Shown: one piece after another, positions 48,328 to 58,374 of the stretch
Position numbering within the stretch: position 1 is the first letter of the stretch
Layout of the letters: every line of letters begins with the position of its first letter
From: a virus
Strand: one strand, 5' to 3'
Virus record (IMG/VR): IMGVR_UViG_3300037840_000216
Span: 20,468-84,467 of that record
DNA: 64,000 bases
Notes under the pieces: model-generated
Databases searched by the model: none
Told to the model about the DNA's origin: nothing
Seen by the model: only the letters and a program-made list of their open reading frames with translations
Position numbers and translations under genes: made by a program

Positions 48328-48576
48328 ATGCCCGAGACAGATCCAGCTATTATCGGTATAGAGCCATGCGGTTGCATAACGTATGCAGATGCACGCCCAG
48401 ATGCACCTCAACCAAAGTATATGCAACGCGAACAAGACGAAGCATTGATAGCCATTGTGCGCAGAGGGGGCAGCGTAGAGCGCACCACGGTAGGTGAGGC
48501 TAGATCAATGCCGAATTTTCTTGTTGCCAGATGTCCGCATCAAGTGAGCGCAGAAATAAACGACGAACTAACATGA
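48328..48576 (+). CDS. Hypothetical protein
   Basis: CGC..C.H; TACACT upstream. Confidence 0.55.
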   Translation: MPETDPAIIGIEPCGCITYADARPDAPQPKYMQREQDEALIAIVRRGGSVERTTVGEARSMPNFLVARCPHQVSAEINDELT

Positions 48577-48583
48577 GAGGCGG

Positions 48584-49471
48584 GTGGTATCGATATCTAA
48601 ATCAGACCGCAGATGTCTAGTTGTGGGGGATTGCCATGGGCACCTAGATCGCTTGGAGGCTCTGCTGCGGCAAGAGGGCATTCTTGACGACTGCCCGGAC
48701 AGCGGCGTGGTGCGCCGCAACTACGACGTAGAGGTCGTGCAACTTGGAGATCTCGGTCACTTCGGCCAGGACACGCAGGCAAAGGACCGCTCCATGTGGA
48801 TGGCCGCGCCTTCCTGGCTCGACGTGATCCTTTGGGGCAACCACGACCGCGCCGTCTGGGATGGACGCCACCACTTCGGAGGCTACTCCAAGCCCTTCCC
48901 CGAGACGTACGACTTGATCAAGCAGTACCAGGGTGAGGGCAAGCTGCGTCTCGCCCACGAGGCCCACGGGTTCCTACTAACGCACGCAGGCCTGCACTCC
49001 GCCTACAAGCACAACAAGGCGCCGCAGACCGGCGCTGCTGACACAGTGAAGTGGCTGTTGGCCCACGAGGCGGAAGACAGTCAGGACCCTGAATTCTTGG
49101 CCATCAGGGACAACATCGGAGCGCGCAGGGGCGGTCGGGCGACGGCGGGGGGCATCCTGTGGCGCGACGCCTCGGAGAGCCTCTACCCGGCCTACAGGCA
49201 GGTCTTCGGTCACTCGGCCAAGGACGAGAGCGCTACCCGCGCCTATCAGTCCAAAGGGGTCGGCGACTCCTACTGCATCGACGTAGGCAACAAATACAAC
49301 GGCAGGCTCAAGGGCATCTGGCTCCCGGAGTGCCGCGTGGTCGAGATCAAACTGGAGCGGGATCAGGCCACGCAGGACTTCGAAGATGCAGTCCGCAAGC
49401 GACTCGCTGCACGGTGGGGCGAGGACGACTTCTGGAGCGAGGACGGTCCCTGGCGTCAACTCATTACCTAA
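48584..49471 (+). CDS. Calcineurin-like metallophosphoesterase
   Basis: GDCHG, LGD, GNHD, THAG, GHS motifs. Confidence 0.9.
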   Translation: MVSISKSDRRCLVVGDCHGHLDRLEALLRQEGILDDCPDSGVVRRNYDVEVVQLGDLGHFGQDTQAKDRSMWMAAPSWLDVILWGNHDRAVWDGRHHFGGYSKPFPETYDLIKQYQGEGKLRLAHEAHGFLLTHAGLHSAYKHNKAPQTGAADTVKWLLAHEAEDSQDPEFLAIRDNIGARRGGRATAGGILWRDASESLYPAYRQVFGHSAKDESATRAYQSKGVGDSYCIDVGNKYNGRLKGIWLPECRVVEIKLERDQATQDFEDAVRKRLAARWGEDDFWSEDGPWRQLIT

Positions 49472-49734
49472 TGCCCCTCTACGAGTACCGCTGCAAGGAC
49501 GGCCACGAGACTCAGGTCTTCCGCCAGCGCAAATGGGTGCGCTGCCCGAGTTGCGGGAAACGCGCAAATCGGGTATACTCCGCACCAGCCATCAGCTTCA
49601 AGGGCACCGGATTTTACAATACCGACTATCGGCAGAAGAAGCATCACGGAGCCAAAGAGGACCATTCTACCCCGCAGGAAACTAAGGATAAAGCCGATGC
49701 AGGTCAAAGCAGTACTCTCAACAAATCTACTTGA
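49471..49734 (+). CDS. FmdB-family zinc-ribbon protein
   Basis: MPLYEYRC..GH...CPSCG....R.YS...I.FKG.GFY.TDY. Confidence 0.85.
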   Translation: MPLYEYRCKDGHETQVFRQRKWVRCPSCGKRANRVYSAPAISFKGTGFYNTDYRQKKHHGAKEDHSTPQETKDKADAGQSSTLNKST

Positions 49735-50020
49735 CGGCGAGGTTCAGCTTGTACGCTGGAAGATTCCCAAGCGCGCCATGTTCCCTCTCGTCCTGCTGCT
49801 GGTCGCTTTGGGCGGGATCTTCTCCCCGCTGTTCAACTTCAACGACATCCACGGCATTCCGTCCGCTCGGCTCTACGCTCAGCACATCTACTTCGACGGC
49901 ATCGCCGACGCCGGAGGGTTCTACGCTGCGACCTTCTGCCGCCATTGGTATCATCGCATCCCGATCGCGATCGGGATCGCGCTCGTATCTACCTTGGCGC
50001 TCGTGACGCTGGTCGGATGA
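49697..50020 (+). CDS. Membrane protein
   Basis: Two hydrophobic helices. Confidence 0.55.
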   Translation: MQVKAVLSTNLLDGEVQLVRWKIPKRAMFPLVLLLVALGGIFSPLFNFNDIHGIPSARLYAQHIYFDGIADAGGFYAATFCRHWYHRIPIAIGIALVSTLALVTLVG

Positions 50021-50427
50021 ACCGCCTGGCGAACATCTTCATTGGCTTCGGCCTCTTCGTTGGTATGATCGCGATGTACACGCTGGGGATCATCCTGACG
50101 ATGGTGTTCGGGCTATCAGTCATACCCTTCTTCGTGATCGTCGTCCTGATCGAGATCGTCGGGGTAGTCTTTGCCGTCCTCTTCTGCTTGGCATGGCTAC
50201 TAGTGGGACTCGTGGGACTACTCACTACTGGCTCGACATCATGGCTCAAACATCTACGCATCAGCAACGTGGAAGACAAGGTTGATAAAGGCTTTAACGC
50301 TACCTTTGAGCCTATGTGCTGGTGGCTAGACCGCACGTTGGAGCCCATAGCTTTTGACGGTTGCATAGAGGCAGGCGAGTACTGCCGCAAGCGCCTCATC
50401 AGGAACGGCGATTTCACTAATGGGTGA
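50017..50427 (+). CDS. Membrane protein
   Basis: Long hydrophobic N-terminal half; ATGA coupling. Confidence 0.6.
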   Translation: MNRLANIFIGFGLFVGMIAMYTLGIILTMVFGLSVIPFFVIVVLIEIVGVVFAVLFCLAWLLVGLVGLLTTGSTSWLKHLRISNVEDKVDKGFNATFEPMCWWLDRTLEPIAFDGCIEAGEYCRKRLIRNGDFTNG

Positions 50428-50608
50428 TACCCTGATCATCCTACTATCTCTTACTTCTAGTACTCTTGGTAGCCTGATCGCATTGGCTATTTGGTTTCAT
50501 TGGGACATCGAGGGTTTTTGGGAGCAGCGTAGACTAGAGCATGGCAAGAAGCTTGATCAACGACAGCTAGAAGCTGCTAGGAAACATGGCTATAAAACAG
50601 ATTACTAG
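50420..50608 (+). CDS. Small membrane protein
   Basis: N-terminal TM helix. Confidence 0.55.
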   Translation: MGDTLIILLSLTSSTLGSLIALAIWFHWDIEGFWEQRRLEHGKKLDQRQLEAARKHGYKTDY

Positions 50609-50868
50609 AGGAAAAGCTGTGAATCCTTGCGCCAGCGCTTCTTTGAAAATTTCATAGGTTTCCAGGGTTTATATGGATGTTCGCAAGGCTCCTCGCATTG
50701 GTAGCGTAGAAGTTCCTCCCTCTCTTTGCGCAAGACCTTCAAAGCCTCGACGGGACCTTCGTATCTTACCAAAGATTTTGGACCAAGACGATGCTCCTCT
50801 AGTTTACCTAGAAGAGCATGGCCCAATTCCACCCTCGTAAGGGTGCTCAAGCGTCGCAAGAATTGCAT
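50605..50868 (-). CDS. Hypothetical protein
   Basis: TAATG-coupled to 50868-51761. Confidence 0.5.
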   Translation of the reverse strand: MQFLRRLSTLTRVELGHALLGKLEEHRLGPKSLVRYEGPVEALKVLRKEREELLRYQCEEPCEHPYKPWKPMKFSKKRWRKDSQLFL

Positions 50869-51761
50869 TATGCGCTCCTAGTCGGCTCAACTGATACCGT
50901 GAGCCCAAGGATGTCCTCGGGACGACCCTGCCTGCCTTTGATGCGAGCGAGCTTGTCTGCCACGGCTGCCCTAGCGTTGTCAGTCAGAGGACCCTGAGAA
51001 ACGATGGCCGGGTTGCCTCCAGTCGGAACGAAGTGCGAGACGAGATCCGGCTGTTGCCGGGTCAGGTCGCCTAGTGGGCTTTTCGACCTACCGAATTCGC
51101 CCTGCTCCAGTTTCGCGTGCTGGTTCGGATCGACATAGGCAACCGTGACGCCCTGCTGGTTGTACTCCGTCTCGACGGTGAGCTTCTGAATCGGCTCACC
51201 AAGCTCGTTGGTAATCATCGCTAGCGTGGTGTTCGTCTTCTGAATGTTGTGGGTCTGTCCCTGCTGTACCTTCTGTGCCGTGCCGAACCCGATGATCTCG
51301 ACGTAGCCGAGGCTGCCTGAGAGGGTGGGGTCGTTTTCGTCACCAGGCTCCAACGGGTGCATGTCGCCACGCACGCCACGAGGTTTCAACTCGATGCGGC
51401 GGATGCCGTCCTTCTGATTTTGGCGCTGGAGGCGTAGGTGGAAAGGCGAGAACAGGAGGTTGCGGACGTATTTAGGTCCTTCGGCGTCGGCCTTGGCGAC
51501 GGCCTCCGCTTCCGCCTCACCTGCCTCTAGGGCAGCTTCTTCCACTGCGACCTGCTTCTCGATCCACTCCTCAACGGGACGGGCAAGATCATCCGGGATG
51601 GGTAGTCCCAAGTCCTTGAGGCTGACGTACGTCTCTACGAGCTTTGCCCATTGCGGGCTGTTATAGTCCGGTGTTTCAGCCGTTACCTTCAGTGCTGCTG
51701 GTTTGCGAGCGCGTGTTTTCGTTGCTTTGCGCTTCGCGGGTGCTTCCTTTGCTGTTGCCAT
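50868..51761 (-). CDS. Hypothetical head-region protein
   Basis: AGGAG RBS; 297 aa; downstream of capsid. Confidence 0.7.
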   Translation of the reverse strand: MATAKEAPAKRKATKTRARKPAALKVTAETPDYNSPQWAKLVETYVSLKDLGLPIPDDLARPVEEWIEKQVAVEEAALEAGEAEAEAVAKADAEGPKYVRNLLFSPFHLRLQRQNQKDGIRRIELKPRGVRGDMHPLEPGDENDPTLSGSLGYVEIIGFGTAQKVQQGQTHNIQKTNTTLAMITNELGEPIQKLTVETEYNQQGVTVAYVDPNQHAKLEQGEFGRSKSPLGDLTRQQPDLVSHFVPTGGNPAIVSQGPLTDNARAAVADKLARIKGRQGRPEDILGLTVSVEPTRSA

Positions 51762-51869
51762 GGGTGGCTCCTATCTATATTTGAACTAATCTTGGACTGC
51801 GTACTGCTCTCCCTTTTTATCTCACAGAGGTCACCCGAAAATAGGTGATCTTCTGTGAGGTAATGGACA

Positions 51870-52631
51870 ATGACTACTCTTCTCCCTTATAAGACTGGAC
51901 GTTTGAAAGCAACTCGATCTGTGGCCTTCAAGGATCTCAGTGTCTACGCCACAGCGCCCATCCCGACACCCCCTCCGACCTGGGAAGTCCCGTTGCAGAA
52001 ACAGGTCAGCGCAGGACAGGCAGTTTACCCGATTGACGGCAACGCCACTTACGGTGACTGTACCATCGCAGGCGTCGATCATCTTCAGCGCGCCTTCAGC
52101 GCTCTCTTCAACGAGCCGTACATACCGCCGACTGAAAAGGATCTCGTCGCTAAGTACTTCCAACTCGGCAACGGCCAGGACAATGGCCTCAACGAGGAAT
52201 TCGTACTCAAGACATGGTATGAAAAGGGACTCTTTGGGACGAAAATTGCAGGCTTTGCTCCGGTATCCACAACAAGCCTCTTGCAACAGCATCAGGCCAT
52301 CAGCTTGTATGGCGGCTGCTACCTGGGCATCAAGTGCCCGGAATCAGCACAGCGTGCCTTCCAGAAGGAACAGGAAACCGGACAGGTAGTCCCGTGGGTC
52401 TACGAAGGAGAACAGACTGAAGATGGACATTGTGTTGTCGCTCTTGGATACGGTCCGAACGGTGGTTTGCACTGCGCGACTTGGGGAGGTATTGCGGTAC
52501 TTGAGCCTAGCTTCCTGGCTCACTACCTTGACGAGGCATTCGTCGTTTTGAGTCAACAATTGGTTGAGGCTAAGGGCGACACATTCGGTCTAAATCTACA
52601 GATGTTGCAAGAAGACCTAGCTAAACTGTGA
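51870..52631 (+). CDS. Papain-like cysteine peptidase
   Basis: GN..YGDCTIAG (Cys), GHCVV (His), TWG. Confidence 0.7.
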   Translation: MTTLLPYKTGRLKATRSVAFKDLSVYATAPIPTPPPTWEVPLQKQVSAGQAVYPIDGNATYGDCTIAGVDHLQRAFSALFNEPYIPPTEKDLVAKYFQLGNGQDNGLNEEFVLKTWYEKGLFGTKIAGFAPVSTTSLLQQHQAISLYGGCYLGIKCPESAQRAFQKEQETGQVVPWVYEGEQTEDGHCVVALGYGPNGGLHCATWGGIAVLEPSFLAHYLDEAFVVLSQQLVEAKGDTFGLNLQMLQEDLAKL

Positions 52632-52644
52632 TACACTTTAGATC

Positions 52645-52908
52645 ATGAAATGGTGCCCTGGTTGCAAAACAGAAAAGCATCTTCGTGAGTTCCATCGCAA
52701 TCGCAAGATGCCGGACGGTCGGCACAGGCTTTGCAAAGACTGCCGTAAAGGAGAGGGCAACACTGAGCGGCGGAAAGCAACCTCGAAAGCCTGGCGTGAA
52801 AAGAACGCTGAGGGAATCGCTGCGGTGCAAAAGGTCTGGAACGAAACGCATCGTGAGCATCGCCGTGAATACATGATGGTCAAGCATTACGGCATCACGC
52901 TTGCTTAG
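52645..52908 (+). pseudogene. Truncated endonuclease VII-type homing endonuclease
   Basis: C..C...K...F......DG....CK.C plus HYGIT, then stop before the nuclease domain. Confidence 0.75.
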
Positions 52909-53062
52909 CTCGATATTCCCTTTCCTGACGACGTACCTTCGCCAAATTCTTTTCACGGTATTCTTTTTGCTCTTCAAGACACTTTGCTTTATGACGTTCA
53001 TAATACTTTCTTGAACCTCTTCGTCCTGCGGCGCGTTTAGCCTCAATGTTCTTATAGGGCAT
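52895..53062 (-). pseudogene. Truncated HNH endonuclease N-terminus (MPYKNIEAKR...YYERHK...YREKN)
   Basis: Manual translation, 55 aa; TGCTATAAT 6 nt upstream of ATG; converges on the 52645 stub. Confidence 0.65.
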
Positions 53063-53078
53063 AGGTCAATTATAGCAC

Positions 53079-53105
53079 AAAAAAGACCCTCCGAAGAGGG
53101 CCTTT
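53079..53105 (-). terminator. Intrinsic terminator after major capsid gene
   Basis: On -: GGCCCTC-TTCG-GAGGGTC-TTTTTT. Confidence 0.85.
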
Positions 53106-53132
53106 GATGAACTCAATAAAGAGTTTTGGAGA

Positions 53133-54251
53133 CTAAATTCTCCATTCACCTGTACCGGAGGTAACGCCCGACCCAGTTCCAAGGCCAGAAATGTTGAGCT
53201 TTGCGGGAGCCGCATTTGAAGAAGCCTTGACGATCCTTGACAGACCTCGGGGATTCAAAATTAGCATTCCAATCAACTCGTCCATGACCCAACCCTTCCA
53301 GAACTGCTCGACCTGGTGGTTCTCCTCGACATCGAGAGAGTACATGACAGGGAAGACCCCGATGAACTCCGGCTCGGCTGCGAGGAAGACCTCACCCTGA
53401 GGGATGATGATCGAACGCTGGATCTGGAACTCACCGAAGCTCGTGATGCGGCCTCCTGCGAATACCTCGTCCTTGAAACGGAATCCCGTTACGTTGAGGT
53501 CCCAGTTGTAGAGATCGCGGATGTCTGCCGGGTGGGCTAGCACGCGACGTGCCTCTAGCTGGTTGATTTCGATCTGCGAAACAGCGTTGTAGAAGTCGGC
53601 AGGCTCAAGCGGGTTACCTTCGCCAAGGAGCACGGTGTGTTCGTTGACGTTGGCTTCCGGTCCTGATGCTACTCCTACTGCGCGACCGCCGGTAGGTGCA
53701 AGTCCTACCGGACCTTCACCAGCCTGTGATTTCGTGATTGCTTCGCCGAGTCCGACGATGGCCTGCTCCAGGAGCAGAACGAGACGTGCGTCCTCCTGCT
53801 TCTGAATGGCCTGACGTGACTCGTCCTGGGCGTATTCGACTGCGTTCACGCGGAGGTAGTACAGATCCTCCTTGCGGATGCGTGGGAAGGTGGCGAGCCT
53901 GAAGAGGCTCGGGAATGCCTGCCTACCCTCGAACGGTGTGATCTTGACCTCTGCGTCAGTGCTGTTCAGCACGTACGCGCGGCCGAGGTCGTCCAGAATG
54001 TCGTACGGCATGAGGGGTCCTCGCTCCAGCGTGTCCTCGACAAGGACGTTGCGGACGATTCCCTCATAGCGCAGGCGGATCTGGATGGGACCGATCATGC
54101 CCTGGCCGATGCGGCGCATAGCGTTACCCTTGTCAGCAAGGATAGCTTCTAGACGGCCGATCTTCTGTTTCTTGGAGAGCTTCGGAAGGTCTTTCAGCTT
54201 CTCCTCGTAGTCAGCGGATGCCACTACTTGTCGTTGAAAGTTTTCGTACAT
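53133..54251 (-). CDS. Major capsid protein (HK97 fold)
   Basis: MIGPIQ.RL.YEG..RNVL.ED, F.....P.IRKEDL, I.KQED, GWV.DE..G; strong terminator downstream. Confidence 0.85.
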   Translation of the reverse strand: MYENFQRQVVASADYEEKLKDLPKLSKKQKIGRLEAILADKGNAMRRIGQGMIGPIQIRLRYEGIVRNVLVEDTLERGPLMPYDILDDLGRAYVLNSTDAEVKITPFEGRQAFPSLFRLATFPRIRKEDLYYLRVNAVEYAQDESRQAIQKQEDARLVLLLEQAIVGLGEAITKSQAGEGPVGLAPTGGRAVGVASGPEANVNEHTVLLGEGNPLEPADFYNAVSQIEINQLEARRVLAHPADIRDLYNWDLNVTGFRFKDEVFAGGRITSFGEFQIQRSIIIPQGEVFLAAEPEFIGVFPVMYSLDVEENHQVEQFWKGWVMDELIGMLILNPRGLSRIVKASSNAAPAKLNISGLGTGSGVTSGTGEWRI

Positions 54252-54263
54252 TTCAGTGGCTCC

Positions 54264-54911
54264 TTAGATCAGTACCCTGATACGCAGGACCGATGGGTTG
54301 TATTCAATTACTTCTGCGACTTTTTGTGTATTTTTGGTAGGTCCACCGACAACACAAAGGCGACCATCTAGTCCCGAAGTCAAATATACTGGCACGCCTT
54401 CTTTTCCCTTTTCTGATACTTCAGTTGATAGTTTCTGAGAATTGAATCCCGGTGCAAGTAGGTCGTAGATTGAGTCAGGTCCCTGCCACGCAGAGATGTT
54501 GCTGGTGTTTTTGACACCATCAAACGTTCCACCGACCCACTGACCGAGAAGACCGAAGACATTCTCATTTGCTGAACCAGCGGCAATAGCGTAATTTTCT
54601 CCGGCCGTCTTGACGAGACATAGCCCTGGTGTCAAAGAACCTTCGTAGGTAAACGCTGTTCCTGTCGTGCTTTCTTTTGTTTCGTTATTACGTGAGAATG
54701 GAGAAGCTGCGGCTGCCCCTGTTGCGACTGCCGCCTTTTCATCCGTCTCTAGCGGAACCCGAATTCCACCGCTTGTGTTTCGTAGTGACGGGTCCAGATA
54801 GCCCGATGTCGGAGTTGCCTGGGTCTGACCCTGAACAACACGAAGAAGCCTTTTTTGGCTTGTAACGTTTATATTACTCGCATCACTGCCAACTGGATAA
54901 ATAATCTCCAT
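54264..54911 (-). CDS. Capsid decoration / head protein
   Basis: Gly-rich ORF immediately upstream of MCP. Confidence 0.65.
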   Translation of the reverse strand: MEIIYPVGSDASNINVTSQKRLLRVVQGQTQATPTSGYLDPSLRNTSGGIRVPLETDEKAAVATGAAAASPFSRNNETKESTTGTAFTYEGSLTPGLCLVKTAGENYAIAAGSANENVFGLLGQWVGGTFDGVKNTSNISAWQGPDSIYDLLAPGFNSQKLSTEVSEKGKEGVPVYLTSGLDGRLCVVGGPTKNTQKVAEVIEYNPSVLRIRVLI

Positions 54912-55018
54912 TTAGTCTAATTCCTTGTGATGTTGAAGCGACTAGGATTAGGCGCTTCTCGCCTATTCTTGTGATGGGCTGTAGGTAAAATATAGTAAGG
55001 GTGTGCTAAAATATACAT

Positions 55019-55474
55019 ATGCGCGCATTGGATTTGACAGGACATGTATATGGACGATTGACCGTGTTACGGCGGGCTCCGAATCAAGGACAATTTACAG
55101 TTTGGATGTGTCAATGCGATTGCGGAAACGAGACCGTTGTGCGCTCTAACGATCTCCGTACTGGTAACACAAAGAGTTGTGGCTGCAAACAATACGATGG
55201 TCTTCGTAATGACAACGGTTATAGACATGGTTGGTATGGAACGCCCACTTGCGTTACTTGGAAAGCTATGAAGCAACGTTGTAATTATCCCAATCACCGT
55301 AGTTATTCGCACTATGGAGGACGCGACATCAAAGTCTGCGAACGTTGGAACGACTTCGAGAACTTTTTGACCGACATGGGCGAGCGTCCAGAGGGTCATT
55401 CGATTAGTCGAGCCGACCACGACGGGGACTACTGCCCTGAGAACTGTTCGTGGGCTTTAGAAGGCACCCATTAG
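55019..55474 (+). CDS. HNH homing endonuclease (AP2-associated family)
   Basis: DLTG..YGRLTV, WMCQCDCG, SCGC, W.AMKQRC, YGGR.I.VC.RW..F.NF..DMG.RP, Y.P.NC.W. Confidence 0.88.
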   Translation: MRALDLTGHVYGRLTVLRRAPNQGQFTVWMCQCDCGNETVVRSNDLRTGNTKSCGCKQYDGLRNDNGYRHGWYGTPTCVTWKAMKQRCNYPNHRSYSHYGGRDIKVCERWNDFENFLTDMGERPEGHSISRADHDGDYCPENCSWALEGTH

Positions 55475-55529
55475 ACGAACGTATGTTCGGGTCTTGACAT
55501 ACGCTACGCGATGCCGTAGACTACGGAGC

Positions 55530-55924
55530 ATGAAAAAATACTGAAGTTCTTTGCCTGGTGGTTCATTGGAGGCGTGGTACTGATCGTAATCATCGCCATC
55601 GTCGCATCCAGCGGAAGTAGTTCAAGCAGCACCAGCACAACCGTCGTGCCAGAAACATCGCCGCAAACATCATCAAATCATGTCTCTACGCCAGTAACAC
55701 CTAAACACTACAGCGGTAATGGTGGAGAGAACCTTGGCACCATCACGATATCTTCGTCCGCCACGTTGAAATGGACGAACGACGGTGGGTTGTTCTCTAT
55801 CATCACGAGCGAAGGCGTTTCCGTCAATTCACAAGCGAGTAGCGGTTCGTCAGTTCTCGAAGCGGGGACTTACCACGAATTCCAAGTCAACGCAGTAGGC
55901 AACTGGACAATCACTATCGAATAG
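55530..55924 (+). pseudogene. Membrane-anchored/secreted protein, out of frame at an A6 tract just after ATG
   Basis: TTGACA-17-TAGACT-7-ATG; ATG AAA AAA TAC TGA; one extra A gives MKKILKFFAWWFIGG fused to ORF 55574-55924. Confidence 0.6.
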
Positions 55925-55962
55925 CGTCCATCTACCACCCGCAGAGAAGAGCCCGCCAAGGC

Positions 55963-55998
55963 AAAAGGAAAGGCCCGCATTCGCGGGCCTTTCTCTTT
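55963..55998. terminator. Bidirectional intrinsic terminator
   Basis: GAAAGGCCCGC-ATTC-GCGGGCCTTTC flanked by A- and T-rich runs, between convergent genes. Confidence 0.85.
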
Positions 55999-56018
55999 GG
56001 TAAGGTCTATATTACCTG

Positions 56019-58364
56019 TTACGCAAAGAGGGCAGAATCAGCAACATCCTCGGTTACTGACTCGGACTCCGACTCATCACTGGCGATTACGCTATCGAAT
56101 CGCTTGGTCGAAGCAGTGACCTTGCCAAACGCGCCCGGCATGCGTGTTACGCCTGCTGTACGCTGAGCAGCAAGCTTCTTGGTGCCCGCTGTCTTGACGC
56201 GAGAGAGCATGTCCATCTGGGCCTGAATCTCCTCGTCACTCTGCGGCGATAGCTCTGCTAGGCGCTCGTACTTGGCATCTTTCTCGATTAGACCGAGATC
56301 AACTTCCATATCAGCAAGCTTGAGCGAGGCGACGAAGTGCGAAGTGAACCCATCGAACTGCATGTCGCTGACCTCGCGGGTAACCGGCTCCTGCTGGCGA
56401 TAGATCTTGTTGCCATCTGTGCCAGTCCACTGACTCGTCGGCCCAGAGTTGTTCTCCGGTGTGCTTGCAGGTGAAAGGACATCGACGCGATCCTGAGCTT
56501 TCCCTACCGGGTCAGAAGGCTCCGTGCCTTTGTTAGCAGACCCGCCAGAGAGTCCCGGCTGGTCGTAGAACGGCTTCGAGTCGTACGCCTGGCGGACAGA
56601 TGAATCCTTGTTCTGGTTGCCTTCAAGGCTCTCCGTCGTAACCTCATCCGTGAGCCCTTTCTGGGTACCGTCTGAATCACCGAAGGTCTTGGTCGGTCCG
56701 CTGTCCTCTGTCGTTTTGGTCGCGTCAAATCCTGAGTCGTCAGATGTCTCCGATGCCGTAGGTAGACTCTCCGTTTTGTCAGCGCCTACGTCTGTGACGC
56801 CGGTTGAACCTACGCCGGTAACGTCTACTTGTGCGTCGGCTGTTGATGCTGCCTCGTTACTTGGCTCAATGACCCCACCGACGCCAGTAACATCGACTCG
56901 CGCGTCAGGCGAAGCCTCCGGGCCAGTAGGACCATCAGCGGTATGTGTGGTGCCCATGGTGTCTCCTGTTTGGTTGTGCTTGGCTGCCTCGATGAGGTCT
57001 TGCGCTGTCCGCATGGCTGCGGTGACCGGCTTCTTGGGGCTCTTGGTCACAACTACCTCCTGCGGATCGTTGGACGCAGGCGTCGATCCGGGTAGCAACG
57101 GCTTTTCAAATTGCTTGATTCGGGCCGCTACCTTTGGGTTTAGCTTTGGTTGCCAACGCATGTCACTAGTTATTTGCGCGGATGCACCCCGATTTCTAGT
57201 CTGTAGGAAGCTACCCGGTTGCTTAGCGTGTGCGGCCGGTCCTCCTGGAGGCGGCATCGGCTGTCCTTCACCGCCCGGTATAGGCTGCGGCTGTGCTCCC
57301 TGTGCCTCGGCGTTGTCCTGCTGGATCTGCTGCTCGCTGCCCTGGGCCATATCGCCCTGTAGCTCTTTGGCCTTGGTAAGGTCAGGATTGTCCATGCCCT
57401 TCGGTGGCTCAACATATCCACACACATCACATGTCTCGCCATCCATGTTCTCACCACAGATCGGGCATGAATGCTCTTGGCGCATAGTATCTATTTGTTC
57501 AGGGGCAGTCGTCTCAAAAGACTGAGGCAGCGGGTTCTCTGCTGTCTTGGTTAGACCCTCGTTCTCGACGCTGGCGCGGATTTCACGAGCAAGCGCTGTC
57601 TCGTCGGCGGGGTCAAACACGCCGCTGATCTCGAAGAAGTGAATGCCGTAGCAGTTCTCGTAGCTCTTGCGCGAGATGCGTTTGCCATCGGCGGTCTTGT
57701 AGTCGTGGTGCGCGCCCTTCATCAAGATGTGAGAGCAGTACTCGTCAGGGTTGGTTGCAATATGGCCGCAATGTGAACACTTGGACTCACGAACGTCGCA
57801 TCCCATCGAGAACCCATCTAGGTCGCCATTGCGCACAGCCTTGGCGTATTTGGGGAACTGCTTGGCGTCGATCTCAAGGAGCAACTCGATCTCGGTCGGC
57901 GGGGCGTGCTCTGGGTCTAGGCTCGCGCCAGTCCAGTAGTCATCTCCAGAGGCCGCAACCTTCTCGATCGGAAGCACGCGAAGCTTGCTGTCCACGACAA
58001 CGCCGCGTGAACGGCTAGGGTCCGAGTTGTTGTGGTCGATGAAGTTGGGCTTGCCCATGAAAGTGGCGAAGCCGAACCTCTGGTTGCCCTCCGCAGCCTC
58101 TACGGTGAAGCCTGATGATGATTGCCTGGCGTGGCGCTCGAAGATCTCGGGTCCGCCCGCAAGCTCCACAGACGGCCAGCCGTCGTTGTTCTTGTTGACG
58201 CGCGATGAGATCGCACGCAGACGGACGTACATATAGCCGTCGTCGGTGCGGTATTGATGAAAATCTGATAGGCTCTGGAGCGAAGCTGTATGTGATCTAG
58301 TCGGCGAGCCCTTGACCTCCAAGACCTGAGCGTCCTCAAACGTTGCGTACTTTGTGAAAGCCAT
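56019..58364 (-). CDS. Capsid maturation protease / scaffold fusion
   Basis: RAISSR.N.N.D, F.DH.N, SMGC, C..C, C.H, FFEIS.V.DPADETA; long acidic low-complexity C-terminal half. Confidence 0.75.
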   Translation of the reverse strand: MAFTKYATFEDAQVLEVKGSPTRSHTASLQSLSDFHQYRTDDGYMYVRLRAISSRVNKNNDGWPSVELAGGPEIFERHARQSSSGFTVEAAEGNQRFGFATFMGKPNFIDHNNSDPSRSRGVVVDSKLRVLPIEKVAASGDDYWTGASLDPEHAPPTEIELLLEIDAKQFPKYAKAVRNGDLDGFSMGCDVRESKCSHCGHIATNPDEYCSHILMKGAHHDYKTADGKRISRKSYENCYGIHFFEISGVFDPADETALAREIRASVENEGLTKTAENPLPQSFETTAPEQIDTMRQEHSCPICGENMDGETCDVCGYVEPPKGMDNPDLTKAKELQGDMAQGSEQQIQQDNAEAQGAQPQPIPGGEGQPMPPPGGPAAHAKQPGSFLQTRNRGASAQITSDMRWQPKLNPKVAARIKQFEKPLLPGSTPASNDPQEVVVTKSPKKPVTAAMRTAQDLIEAAKHNQTGDTMGTTHTADGPTGPEASPDARVDVTGVGGVIEPSNEAASTADAQVDVTGVGSTGVTDVGADKTESLPTASETSDDSGFDATKTTEDSGPTKTFGDSDGTQKGLTDEVTTESLEGNQNKDSSVRQAYDSKPFYDQPGLSGGSANKGTEPSDPVGKAQDRVDVLSPASTPENNSGPTSQWTGTDGNKIYRQQEPVTREVSDMQFDGFTSHFVASLKLADMEVDLGLIEKDAKYERLAELSPQSDEEIQAQMDMLSRVKTAGTKKLAAQRTAGVTRMPGAFGKVTASTKRFDSVIASDESESESVTEDVADSALFA

Positions 58365-58374
58365 CCTAACTCTT

